Positions 1 through 9,561 of a stretch of 64,000 bases of DNA are shown here, piece by piece. Position 1 is the first letter of the stretch. Every line of letters starts with the position of its first letter. The notes under the pieces are model-generated. The model saw nothing but the letters and a program-made list of their open reading frames with translations, had not been told where the DNA came from and did not search any database. The position numbers were made by a program, and so were the translations under genes. The stretch is from Candidatus Nomurabacteria bacterium (GTDB lineage Bacteria; Patescibacteriota; Minisyncoccia; Phycocordibacterales; JAACPR01), in the NCBI GenBank assembly GCA_020632215.1, contig JACKFZ010000007.1, positions 1,187-65,186 on the forward strand, written 5' to 3'.

Positions 1-2712
1 AAAGAAAATTCTGAAATTGTTGATGATACTCAGGAACAAAATAAAATAATTCGTCAAGAATTAGATATTTACTCTGATCAAAATCCGGAGCATGTTTTGA
101 AAAAAGGTTTAGCTATTCCTGAAAGGGCACGAGATGAAATCGTTTTAGAGCTTCGGCCTGAAGCCCATGATGACAAAATGGCCGAGCTTATTTCTATTGC
201 AGAACAAAAGGGAATTGCTAACGTTTTGGATATTGTAGCTAAACTCGACGATCCACACATTAGCGATGACTTCCATCGTTTTTTGGTTGAATATGTGCGC
301 GAGGACTATCCTTTAAATGGTTTGAAAGAATCAATGCCTATTTTCAATGACATCAAGCGAGCTCTGTTTGAAGTGGTTATTCCTGAGAAGTTTGATAAGA
401 CAGGAGAAGATAAAATTCAATTGGGAGAATTAGTATTTAGAATGCAAAACTTTTTGTCTGGAATGATCTCTGTCACTGATGAAAAGTCAACAGAATATCT
501 GACTTTAGAAATTGCTAATCCAGTTGGTAGCAAAGAATTCGTCTTCTATATCTCAGTTCCAAATCGTCGCGCAGACCTTTTTGAAAAACAACTACTGTCT
601 GTTTTTTCAGATGCTAAAGTCACTCTGAGTAAAGATGACTTCAATATTTTTGTTGAAAACGGATACGCAGCTGGCTCTTATGCTAGTTTGAAAAAAATGC
701 CAGCTGAACCTTTGAAAACTATTGAGGAGTTTGAATCTGATCCGCTGGATGTTTTGCTTAATGTTTTTACAAAAATTGACGAGAAAAAAGGAGGTGCTGC
801 GGTACAAATGGTTTTTCGACCTGTTGGTGATTTTTATAACAAACATTTTTCAAAAGGTTTGAAGAAAATGGAAAAAGATGGTGGAATTCCCGAAGAATTT
901 TTTATTCGCAATACTGTTTCTCGTCGTATTATCAAAAATATTAATAATTTAATCAAATCAACAAGTAAAGAAGTTTTGAAAAAAGAAGGCGAAGAAGGAA
1001 TGTTAAAAGAAAAAGATATTGACTCAGGTTTGATGGAAAGAATTCGCAAGAAGAACAAAAGTCCAATAATTTCTACTAATGTTCGCATTGTCACTTCGGC
1101 TGAAACTTTAGCTAAAGCTGAAGATATTCTTTACGAAATTCAATCAGCTTTCAATCAGTTTGAGGATGCTAATGGAAACAGATTTGTTTTTGAAAAAATA
1201 AAAAAGGGAAAACATCGCGATTTTTTTACTGGATTTTCATATAGGAGATTTGATAATAGTTTTGATATACCTTTGAATATTGAGGAAATTGCAACGATTT
1301 TTCATTTACCATCTCGTTCAGAAGCCATCAATAGACAAGTTAGAAAAAACAAAGCAGCTTCTGCTGCAGCACCAATTACTCTTGGTCAAGATGGAATACT
1401 GCTTGGCATTAACGAACATTCAAATGTCAAAACTGAAATATATATGTCACCAGAAGATCGTCTGCGCCATTTTTATGTTATTGGACAGACAGGAACTGGA
1501 AAGACTAATTTTTTGAAAGATTTGATTATTCAAGATATTCAAAATGGTGAAGGTGTTTGTATGATTGATCCTCACGGAAATGATATTGAAGATATTTTGG
1601 CTAATATTCCAAAAGAAAGATATGATGATTTGATATATTTTGATCCATCATACACAGCGCGACCAATGGGACTAAACATGCTTGAATATGATCCTGAATT
1701 TCCAGAACAAAAAACTTTTGTTGTTAATGAGTTGTTTAGTATTTTCCAGAAACTTTATGGTGCTGTGCCAGAGTCTATGGGACCAATGTTCGAACAGTAT
1801 TTTAGAAATGCCACTTTGCTTGTTATCGAAGATCCGGATTCTGGCTCAACATTGCTAGACGTCTCTAGAGTAATGGCAGATAAAGAATACAGACAGCTGA
1901 AAGTTTCAAGATGTAAAAATCCTATTGTTGTTCAATTTTGGAAAGAGATTGCGGAAAAAGCAGGAGGTGAAGCTTCTTTGGCAAATATTGTTCCATATAT
2001 CACTAGTAAATTTGATATCTTTTTGGCTAACGATATTATGCGACCTGTTATTGCTCAAGAAAAATCTAGTTTCAATTTTAGAAAAATAATGGATGAGAGA
2101 AAAATTCTTTTGGTCAATCTTTCCAAAGGAAGGCTTGGAGACATAAACTCTCATTTGATTGGTTTAATTTTGGTAGGAAAAATTTTGATGGCGGCTCTTT
2201 CTCGTGTTGATTCTGGTGGGCAGAAGCTACCAACTTTCTATTTATATATAGATGAGTTTCAAAATATCACAACAAACTCTATTGCTACAATCCTTTCCGA
2301 AGCGAGAAAGTATGGTCTGAGTTTACACTTGGCTCATCAATTTATTGCTCAACTAGAGGATGATATAAAGAATGCGGTTTTTGGTAATGTGGGAAGTATG
2401 GCTGTATTTAGGGTCGGATCAGATGATGCTGATTACTTAGAAAATCAGTTTCTGCCAACTTTTTCGGCAAATGACATTATGAATGTCGATAACTATCATA
2501 ATTATATGAAAATGCTTTCTGGTGGTGTGCCTCAAAAACCATTTAGTATGCGGACTTTACCAGCACCAGAAGGAGATAAAAAAATTATTGAAAATCTAAA
2601 ACAACTTTCTTATTTTAAATTTGGTAAACAACGAGAAGTGGTCGAAGAGGAGATTTTGATGAAATTCAAAAAAGAATCAAAACCAGTGTCTAAATTTTCA
2701 CCACAAATATAA
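1..2712 (+). CDS. TraG/TraD/VirD4-family (type IV coupling protein-like) P-loop ATPase; reading frame is open from nt 1, so the 5' end lies upstream of the window
   Basis: Walker A 'VIGQTGTGKTNFLKDLI' followed by 'CMIDPHGN', Walker B 'FYLYIDEFQNI', and the C-terminal conserved block 'AHQFIAQLED...FGNVGSMAVFRVGSDDADYL' typical of T4CP/TrwB-like ATPases. No stop codon between nt 1 and the first ATG at 97. No N-terminal TM segment was seen. Confidence 0.6.
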   Translation, partial: KENSEIVDDTQEQNKIIRQELDIYSDQNPEHVLKKGLAIPERARDEIVLELRPEAHDDKMAELISIAEQKGIANVLDIVAKLDDPHISDDFHRFLVEYVREDYPLNGLKESMPIFNDIKRALFEVVIPEKFDKTGEDKIQLGELVFRMQNFLSGMISVTDEKSTEYLTLEIANPVGSKEFVFYISVPNRRADLFEKQLLSVFSDAKVTLSKDDFNIFVENGYAAGSYASLKKMPAEPLKTIEEFESDPLDVLLNVFTKIDEKKGGAAVQMVFRPVGDFYNKHFSKGLKKMEKDGGIPEEFFIRNTVSRRIIKNINNLIKSTSKEVLKKEGEEGMLKEKDIDSGLMERIRKKNKSPIISTNVRIVTSAETLAKAEDILYEIQSAFNQFEDANGNRFVFEKIKKGKHRDFFTGFSYRRFDNSFDIPLNIEEIATIFHLPSRSEAINRQVRKNKAASAAAPITLGQDGILLGINEHSNVKTEIYMSPEDRLRHFYVIGQTGTGKTNFLKDLIIQDIQNGEGVCMIDPHGNDIEDILANIPKERYDDLIYFDPSYTARPMGLNMLEYDPEFPEQKTFVVNELFSIFQKLYGAVPESMGPMFEQYFRNATLLVIEDPDSGSTLLDVSRVMADKEYRQLKVSRCKNPIVVQFWKEIAEKAGGEASLANIVPYITSKFDIFLANDIMRPVIAQEKSSFNFRKIMDERKILLVNLSKGRLGDINSHLIGLILVGKILMAALSRVDSGGQKLPTFYLYIDEFQNITTNSIATILSEARKYGLSLHLAHQFIAQLEDDIKNAVFGNVGSMAVFRVGSDDADYLENQFLPTFSANDIMNVDNYHNYMKMLSGGVPQKPFSMRTLPAPEGDKKIIENLKQLSYFKFGKQREVVEEEILMKFKKESKPVSKFSPQI

Positions 2713-2715
2713 TTT

Positions 2716-3288
2716 ATGAATCAAACCTTTGTTGCAATCGGAGCTATCATCTATGTACTTGGTAGTTTTGTATATTTCCGAGATACATTGAAAGGTGATA
2801 CGAAACCTAACAAAATATCTTGGGCACTGTGGGCTTTGATATCTTTTGTCGCTACAGCTATTGGGTTATTAGAAGGTGTAGGTTGGGCAGTCTTGCCAGT
2901 CTTCATGTCTGGTTTAGGTCCGGCTATTATTCTTTTTGTTTCTTTTAAAAATAAAAATGCATATTGGAAATTAGGTACTCTAGATTGGACTTGCGGTATT
3001 TTGTCTCTAATCTCTCTAGTTGTTTGGATTATTACCAGAGATGGTATATTGGCTTTGTCTCTGATTATTTTTACAGATGTATTGGCTTCGTTTCCTACCT
3101 TAGTAAAATCTTGGAAATATCCTGAGACAGAATCTGGGATTGCTTACTTGGCTTGGGTTATAAACGCCGCAACAGCTTTTTTCGCAGCTAATAATTATGA
3201 TTTTGTGAACTTAGCTTTTCCTACTTATATAGTTGTTATGGACGGACTGCTATTTATAGCAGCCTATAGAAAGAAATTTAATTTATGA
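2716..3288 (+). CDS. polytopic membrane protein, function unknown
   Basis: 190-aa ORF with 5-6 hydrophobic helices; 4-bp overlap (ATGA) with the next ORF. Confidence 0.4.
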   Translation: MNQTFVAIGAIIYVLGSFVYFRDTLKGDTKPNKISWALWALISFVATAIGLLEGVGWAVLPVFMSGLGPAIILFVSFKNKNAYWKLGTLDWTCGILSLISLVVWIITRDGILALSLIIFTDVLASFPTLVKSWKYPETESGIAYLAWVINAATAFFAANNYDFVNLAFPTYIVVMDGLLFIAAYRKKFNL

Positions 3289-3815
3289 AAAAATATATCG
3301 AATATATTATTTTATTTACTGCAGGAGGTGGTTTAGGTTTTCAGGTTGTTCATTTTTGGGAACATTTGATGCAAGTTTTTAACTGGATATTTGTTCAAAG
3401 ACAATATGCTTATATGACAGGGCTTGGCATGTCAGCTACTAATTATTTTGGGAATTTGTTTTTTTCTGGATATGGTATGTCTGATCAAACGAGATTGGGA
3501 ATGGAAGTTCTGCATCTTGTTGGTAATGGAATTTTTCTAATAGGGATAATTGCTGTTTGGTATTTTATAAAAAATCGTGAAATCTTATGGGCTTTGATTA
3601 TTGAGGCTTTACATTTTTGTGAACATATATCTCTGACTTTTTCATCAATTTTTACAGGACGATCCATCGGTTTTAGTACTTTATATGGTTTAGCAACAGA
3701 TCCACAATTCATGGTGACTTTCAGAGTTTGGTGGCACTTTATCTTAAATCTGGTGCCTAGTGTTTTGATCGTAGTGGGAATTGTATTATTTTTTAGATAT
3801 AAAAAAGTTAATTAA
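3285..3815 (+). CDS. polytopic membrane protein, function unknown
   Basis: 176-aa ORF, multiple hydrophobic segments, translationally coupled to the upstream ORF. Confidence 0.4.
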   Translation: MKKYIEYIILFTAGGGLGFQVVHFWEHLMQVFNWIFVQRQYAYMTGLGMSATNYFGNLFFSGYGMSDQTRLGMEVLHLVGNGIFLIGIIAVWYFIKNREILWALIIEALHFCEHISLTFSSIFTGRSIGFSTLYGLATDPQFMVTFRVWWHFILNLVPSVLIVVGIVLFFRYKKVN

Positions 3816-4425
3816 TTTTCAAAATCCCTTGCCTGATAACGTTAGGTTTTTCATCTGCAACATCAACAATTGTAGAATTCTGACCAGTGACTTCTCCTGC
3901 ATCAATAACTAAATCAATTAGATCTTTATTTTCCCTTAATTGTTCCAAAATACCTGTAACATTATTGAGATTTTCTTTTCCAGATATGTTGGCACTTGTT
4001 GTTGTGATAGGACAATCTAGTTTTTCTACAATTTTTAAAATAAAAGGAACATCAGGAATTCTGACTCCAAGTTTCTCGTCAGAACCTAATAAGTTAGATA
4101 AATCTTTATCTTTAGATGTGAGTATTAGGGTCAAGGCGCCTGGCAAGTAATTTCCAATTAATTGATTCGCAACTTCGTTTGTCTCAACATATCTTCCCAA
4201 CATATCTTTATTTGAAACTAATATAGATATTGGCTTTTGAGAATCTCTTTCTTTTATCTTTCTAACTTTGTTCACAGCATCTTTATTTGAAATCCTTGCT
4301 CCAAGTCCATATAGCGTATCTGTTGGATAGAGGATAATGCCACCAGTTTTTAATGTTTCCACAATTTTATTTTCTACACCAGTGTCGACTTGATTGAGGT
4401 CATCGATTTTTATGATTTCTGTCAT
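3808..4425 (-). CDS. tsaC: L-threonylcarbamoyladenylate synthase, YrdC/TsaC family
   Basis: 'GGIILYPTDTLYGLG', 'KIKERDSQKPISILV', 'TSANISG' YrdC-domain motifs. Confidence 0.8.
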   Translation of the reverse strand: MTEIIKIDDLNQVDTGVENKIVETLKTGGIILYPTDTLYGLGARISNKDAVNKVRKIKERDSQKPISILVSNKDMLGRYVETNEVANQLIGNYLPGALTLILTSKDKDLSNLLGSDEKLGVRIPDVPFILKIVEKLDCPITTTSANISGKENLNNVTGILEQLRENKDLIDLVIDAGEVTGQNSTIVDVADEKPNVIRQGILKIN

Positions 4426-4480
4426 AAGTGCAATATTAACTCAGTTTTTTTGTTTGTCTAATATATAATATGAGGTAATT

Positions 4481-5002
4481 ATGTTTAGAGTTTTTTCTGG
4501 AATAATTTTATTTTGTGTTGGAGCTAGTATTCTTATCTGGCTTTTAGGATACTTTCAGCCAGAAAATTACTCAGGAGAATTGCAGGAATTTTTTGCTGAT
4601 AGAAGACCAATTATTTGGCAAGCTATGACAGATATAAATTCAATTCCTCATATTAAAAACGATGTTGTTAATATAGAGATTTTAGAGGATAATCATGGCC
4701 TTTTGACTTGGAAAGAAAACACGAAGATGGGGGGATATCGTATTTATCAAATGGTAGAAAAAAAAGAACCTTTTAAATATACTGTCGATCTAGTAGAGAA
4801 CTCAAAAGGTTTAACTGGCACCTGGGTTTATTTTCTAGAAACATCTTCAGATGGTAGTATTGTTACTATACAAGAAGAGAGTAAAAATAATAATATTTGG
4901 ATCAGAGGTATAAATGCTATTCGTGGTCGTGATGTTAATATGAAGCATGCCATGAAAGTTTTAAGAGTATCTTTATTTAGAAGGTTAATTGATTCTCCGT
5001 AA
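4481..5002 (+). CDS. hypothetical protein with N-terminal membrane anchor
   Basis: 173-aa ORF, N-terminal hydrophobic helix, no recognisable catalytic motif. Confidence 0.35.
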   Translation: MFRVFSGIILFCVGASILIWLLGYFQPENYSGELQEFFADRRPIIWQAMTDINSIPHIKNDVVNIEILEDNHGLLTWKENTKMGGYRIYQMVEKKEPFKYTVDLVENSKGLTGTWVYFLETSSDGSIVTIQEESKNNNIWIRGINAIRGRDVNMKHAMKVLRVSLFRRLIDSP

Positions 5003-5004
5003 TT

Positions 5005-5406
5005 ATGGATAAAATTCAAAAAGATAATAGGCAATGGAAAGAGGAATTGGATCCAGAGGTTTATTCGGTGACTAGGGAAAGAGGGACAGAAGCGCCATTC
5101 AGTGGTAAATATTATAAACACAAAGAAAGTGGCAATTATGTTTGCTCTAACTGTGGTTTAGAACTTTTTTCATCAAAAGCTAAATATGATTCAGGAAGTG
5201 GTTGGCCTAGCTTTGATGATCCTGTTGCAAAAGATAATGTTGATCTTGTCCCAGACTATAGTCATGGCATGAGCAGAATGGAAGTTGTCTGTGCCAAGTG
5301 TGATGCCCACCTCGGACATGTTTTTGATGATGGACCACAAGATACAACAGGTAAGAGATATTGCATCAATTCATGTTCATTAGATTTTAAAAAAGAAAAT
5401 AAATAA
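5005..5406 (+). CDS. msrB: peptide-methionine (R)-S-oxide reductase MsrB
   Basis: Two CxxC pairs ('CSNCGLELF', 'CAKCDAHLGHVFDDGP') and 'GSGWPSF' SelR motif. Confidence 0.9.
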   Translation: MDKIQKDNRQWKEELDPEVYSVTRERGTEAPFSGKYYKHKESGNYVCSNCGLELFSSKAKYDSGSGWPSFDDPVAKDNVDLVPDYSHGMSRMEVVCAKCDAHLGHVFDDGPQDTTGKRYCINSCSLDFKKENK

Positions 5407-5408
5407 AT

Positions 5409-5930
5409 ATGAATGATTTTTTAACACCATTTTTATCATATGCAACTCTGGTAATACACATAGTATTAGTCTGTTTACTTATTTTGTTTTTCTTTCAAAA
5501 AGAAAATAAAATATTTAGGATTATCTTTAAAAATGGAATTTTACTTTCTTTTGTGCTGGCTTTCGTCAGTACTGGTATTAGTTTGTATTATTCTGATTAT
5601 GTTGGTTTTGAACCTTGTGTTTTGTGCTGGTATCAGAGAATACCAATGTATGCCTTGGCAATAATTTTATATCTCTCTATTGCTCGTAAAGATGATAAAT
5701 CAGTTATCCCATATGGATTGGCTCTTTCGGTCGTCGGAACAATCTTGGCCATTTATCATACTTATCTCGCTTACTTTTCTCAGGGTTCAAACACTTGCTC
5801 ACCATTTAGTAGTGTCTCATGTACAACAAAATATTTTAATTATTTTGGGTATATTTCAGTACCAACACTTTCTCTAAGCGCTTTTGTTATCATTACGTTA
5901 TTATTAATAGGTAAGAAGAAACATGACTAA
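5409..5930 (+). CDS. DsbB/BdbC-family disulfide bond formation protein
   Basis: Four TM helices, 'PCVLCWYQRIPMY' first Cys pair and a second Cys pair 'CSPFSSVSC' in the second periplasmic loop. Confidence 0.6.
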   Translation: MNDFLTPFLSYATLVIHIVLVCLLILFFFQKENKIFRIIFKNGILLSFVLAFVSTGISLYYSDYVGFEPCVLCWYQRIPMYALAIILYLSIARKDDKSVIPYGLALSVVGTILAIYHTYLAYFSQGSNTCSPFSSVSCTTKYFNYFGYISVPTLSLSAFVIITLLLIGKKKHD

Positions 5931-6408
5931 AATTTTTAATTTACTATTCAAAGTGGCTTTATGTATTATTGTTTTCTCACTTTTTGTGAACACAGTTCCT
6001 TTTGTAAAACACGTCAGTGCTTACCTTGGTGACGTGGCTTTTTCTCTTGGAGATACAAAACAAGCTGTGATAGGAGAAACATCTCTTGTTGTTGAGGTAG
6101 CTGACACAGAAAATGCTAGAAAAAAAGGATTATCTGGTAGAAGTCCTTTGGATACTTACGAAGGACTTTTCTTTGTTTTTGATACTACAGGAGTAAATGG
6201 AATATGGATGAAAGATATGAATTTTCCAATAGATATTATTTGGTTTAATGATCACAAAGAAGTTGTTTATATAGAACAAAATGTTCTACCAGATAGTTTC
6301 CCAGAAGTTTTTGGAACAAGTGTAAATAGTAAGTTTGTGTTAGAAGTTCCTTCAGGTTTTGTCAAAGTGAATAGAATTAAAAAAGGGGACTTATTTACTT
6401 TGTTATAA
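5923..6408 (+). CDS. DUF192 (COG1430) family protein
   Basis: 'VEVADTENARKKGLSGR...GLFFVF...IWMKDMNFPIDIIW' matches the DUF192 signature; N-terminal signal/TM. Confidence 0.6.
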   Translation: MTKIFNLLFKVALCIIVFSLFVNTVPFVKHVSAYLGDVAFSLGDTKQAVIGETSLVVEVADTENARKKGLSGRSPLDTYEGLFFVFDTTGVNGIWMKDMNFPIDIIWFNDHKEVVYIEQNVLPDSFPEVFGTSVNSKFVLEVPSGFVKVNRIKKGDLFTLL

Positions 6409-6424
6409 AAGTGTTGTAAAATGT

Positions 6425-7080
6425 GGTAGTACCTGATGATTGCTCTTTTATTATTTTAATGAAAGGGAGGAAAGTCCGAACACTTGTCCCGTGGCCCAGC
6501 GAAGCTGGGTTTTACGGGACAGAAGGGTAGCGCCCTAAATTTTCGCAAAACGAAAAAAGGGACCAATCACTTTAGTGATTTTGGTGGTAATACCCGTCGC
6601 CAGTGCTACGCACTGGGAATTCGAAATCAGAATGTCGAAATCCGAAAAAATATTAAGTCTTAAAATCTAAACAAATTGTTTATAATTTAAGATTTAGAAA
6701 TTAAAATTTGTTTCGAATTTCGTTTTTAGAATTTCGTGCTTCCGATGCGTAGTATTGGTAGAGGTGCGAGCAGAGACGCCACAATCGAAAGAAAGTGGCA
6801 CCCTTAACGGGGTGAGTACTATGGAAACATAGGTGCTAAATCACATACAAAAATTTCAATTTTTATATGTGATTGCACGATCAGATTTTTCTTTGAAAAA
6901 TCTGATTTAGTGAAACGGCAAAATCCTTACCTAAGTGCAAGACCGTGCCGCGTAAAGATGGCTTCGCCATCCACCCGGAGAGTCGCTAGAACCAAATAGT
7001 AATATTTGGTCCAGATAAATAATCATCTAGGATAGAGAAGCTCTATCTGATACAGAATTCGGCTTATAGGTACAAGCGAA
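6425..7080 (+). ncRNA. rnpB: RNase P RNA, bacterial type A, with an AT-rich expansion hairpin
   Basis: P4 5' strand 'GGAGGAAAGTCCGAAC' at ~6467. 'GTGCCGCGTAAAGATGGCTTCGCCATCCACCCGGAGAGTCGCTAGAACCAAATAG' matches E. coli 'GUGGCACGGUAAACUCCACCCGGAGCAAGGCCAAAUAGG'. P4 3' strand 'ACAGAATTCGGCTTAT' at ~7051. P1 pairing 'GTACCT'(6429)/'AGGTAC'(7068). GC-rich island in AT-rich DNA. Confidence 0.8.
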
Positions 7081-7097
7081 AATATGAGAAAAACCAC

Positions 7098-7130
7098 CTG
7101 CAAAGGTGGTTTTTCTCTTTAATTAATATG
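7098..7130 (+). terminator. Rho-independent terminator after rnpB
   Basis: 'AAAAACCACCTGCAAAGGTGGTTTTTCTCTTT' perfect hairpin plus T-run. Confidence 0.65.
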
Positions 7131-7170
7131 TAGTAGAATATTGATATTACAAGAGGTAAGTTTATTTTTT

Positions 7171-9561
7171 ATGTTTAATTTTAAAATCACAGAAGATCAA
7201 AGTGTGGAGACAATGCAGAAAGGATTGAGGGTTGAGAATGTTCCGTATCTGTTACTATTGCTAACTGTCTTTTTGTTACCAATTATCTTTTTACCACAGT
7301 CGGTATCTAGTTTGTTGGCAACCAAGATGTTTACTCTTCATGTTTTGGTGCTGGTTTCATTTTTCATCTGGATTTTAATGAAGCTGAGAACTCAATCAAT
7401 AAATTTACCTTTTAACCTCTCTGGGCTATCAATTGTATTAATACCAGCCATCTATGTTCTGGCAGCAGTTTTTTCAAAAAATATTCACCTCTCTTTTTTC
7501 GGCAGAGACTTTGCTGTTGATAGTGTTTTGTCAATTCTAACTTTCACCGCTCTTTTAACTCTGACAATCTCTAACCTTAAAGAAAAATCACAGGTAATAT
7601 ATCTATACGCCGTCCTATTTTTGTCATTTATAATAGTGGCTATTGTTCAATTGCTGAATTTGATTCCAATCTTTCCGTCATTTGGCTATTTTTCTAATAA
7701 TGTCATTACAACTATTGGAAAATGGAACGAATTGGCTGTTTTTGCTCTTATTATTGTAGTTCTGTCAATTACAATGGTTCACTTCATTAGATTGACTAAA
7801 GCCGTTCGTGCCGTGGTCTATGGTTCAACAGTTGTTGGCTTAGTCTTGTTAGTAATTATTAACTTCAAAATAGCTTGGTATATTTTAGCTCTTTTTACTC
7901 TTTTCCTATTTGTCTATCTAATCGTTGGTAAGAGAAAAGATGGGCATGGTACTACTATTCCGTTTACACCACTAGTGGTTTTTCTGATCTCTTTCTTGTT
8001 CATTGTTGCTGGGACAAATATTGGTAATGTTGTCTCAGATACTTTAAATATTAATCATTTTGAAGTTCGTCCGTCATGGAAATCGACAACTGAAATTATT
8101 GGTCAAACTTGGTCTAGTAAAAGAGCGATACTTGGCGTTGGTCCAGCTCTTTTTGAAACAGAATGGATTATGAATAGACCTTCTAGAGTTCTGACTACTG
8201 ATTTTTGGAACTTAGACTTTAGGTATGGAGTTGGTTTGATTCCATCTTACTTTTCTACTACAGGAATACTAGGGGCTCTTTCTTGGATATTCTTTCTGGG
8301 CTTAATTTTATTCTATGGATTCAAATCAGTATTTCGAGAATACGAAGATGGAATTCAAAAATATATTATATTCTCTTCATTTTCAGTTACTACCATTTTA
8401 TGGGTTATTAATATTATCTATTTACCAGGAACATTTTTGATTGCTACTACTTTTGTATTCACTGGAATTTTTATTAACAGCTTGTATAGAATTAATCTTT
8501 TACAGTTTAAAGATCTAAAGGTCGATACTGAGCCAAAATTCAATTTCATCTTTATTGCTGTTCTGGTTATTCTTTTGGCAAGTACTATTGGTTTAGTTTA
8601 CAAAGCAACAAATAAATTTGTTGCTCAAATACATTTTCAAAGAGCCATTGTTGATCTTAATGTTCAAGGCAATATTGCATTAGCAGAATCAGATTTGAGA
8701 AAGGCTTTGGAATTGGAGAACAATGATATATATCTTAGATCATTGGCTGAACTAGGAACTATCCGCATTACTCAAATTCTTGGTGACACTGTTACCCCTC
8801 AAGATTTACTAGTAGATCAGTTTAGAAATGTTTTGTCAGGAACTATCTCTAATTATCAGGATGCTATTGCTTTTGATGAGACAAATTACAATAACTACTT
8901 AGGTTTAGCAGAGTTGTATAGAGCACTTGGACCATTAAAGATTTCTGGCTCTTATGACCAAGCAGTAGTTTTCTACAATAGAGTGTCAGAGCTAAAACCT
9001 AATAATCCAGATGTCTTATTGCGAAATGCGAGATTAGAATTTGAACATGGGGATTCTGAGAAAGCCAAAGATCTAATTTCTCAAGCATTACAAATCAAAC
9101 CAAATTATGTAGATGCTGTTTTCCTTTATTCTCAAATTGAGGTCACAGCTGGCAACATTGGTTCGGCTATTGAAGCTATTCAGTCAGCTTCAGTCATTAA
9201 ACCAAATGATCCAACGATTTTCTTCCAATTAGGATTGCTTTATTATAATGATAGTCAGTTTGCCAGAGCAGTAGCTTCATTTGAAAGAGCAGTAGCGTTG
9301 AATCCTAATTTTCAAAATGCTAAATACTTCTTAGGATTGAGTTATCAGAAAACTAATAGAATTCAAGAATCAATTAGCCAATTCGATGATCTGGTTAAAC
9401 TAAATTCAGATAACGACGAAGTCAAATTGATTCTATCTAATCTAAAAGCTGGCCGAGCTCCATTTGTCGGAGCTGAACCACCAATTGATAATCAACCTGA
9501 AAGCCGGGAAGACTTACCATTAAATGATGGTGAATTAACAACTGACGAAGGGGAAGAATAA
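7171..9561 (+). CDS. large polytopic membrane protein (O-antigen ligase/Wzy-like) with C-terminal TPR repeats
   Basis: ~12 hydrophobic helices in the N-terminal 500 aa, then TPR-like repeats ('ALELENNDIYLRSLAELG', 'AVALNPNFQNAKYFLGLSYQ'). The track ORF begins at a TTG at 7141; the first ATG is at 7171. Confidence 0.45.
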   Translation: MFNFKITEDQSVETMQKGLRVENVPYLLLLLTVFLLPIIFLPQSVSSLLATKMFTLHVLVLVSFFIWILMKLRTQSINLPFNLSGLSIVLIPAIYVLAAVFSKNIHLSFFGRDFAVDSVLSILTFTALLTLTISNLKEKSQVIYLYAVLFLSFIIVAIVQLLNLIPIFPSFGYFSNNVITTIGKWNELAVFALIIVVLSITMVHFIRLTKAVRAVVYGSTVVGLVLLVIINFKIAWYILALFTLFLFVYLIVGKRKDGHGTTIPFTPLVVFLISFLFIVAGTNIGNVVSDTLNINHFEVRPSWKSTTEIIGQTWSSKRAILGVGPALFETEWIMNRPSRVLTTDFWNLDFRYGVGLIPSYFSTTGILGALSWIFFLGLILFYGFKSVFREYEDGIQKYIIFSSFSVTTILWVINIIYLPGTFLIATTFVFTGIFINSLYRINLLQFKDLKVDTEPKFNFIFIAVLVILLASTIGLVYKATNKFVAQIHFQRAIVDLNVQGNIALAESDLRKALELENNDIYLRSLAELGTIRITQILGDTVTPQDLLVDQFRNVLSGTISNYQDAIAFDETNYNNYLGLAELYRALGPLKISGSYDQAVVFYNRVSELKPNNPDVLLRNARLEFEHGDSEKAKDLISQALQIKPNYVDAVFLYSQIEVTAGNIGSAIEAIQSASVIKPNDPTIFFQLGLLYYNDSQFARAVASFERAVALNPNFQNAKYFLGLSYQKTNRIQESISQFDDLVKLNSDNDEVKLILSNLKAGRAPFVGAEPPIDNQPESREDLPLNDGELTTDEGEE

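Noticed and set aside
607-1094. Two minus-strand ORFs (79 and 86 aa) inside the T4CP-like gene
   Set aside because: Antisense to a long, motif-bearing ORF; Lys/Phe-rich low-complexity translations.
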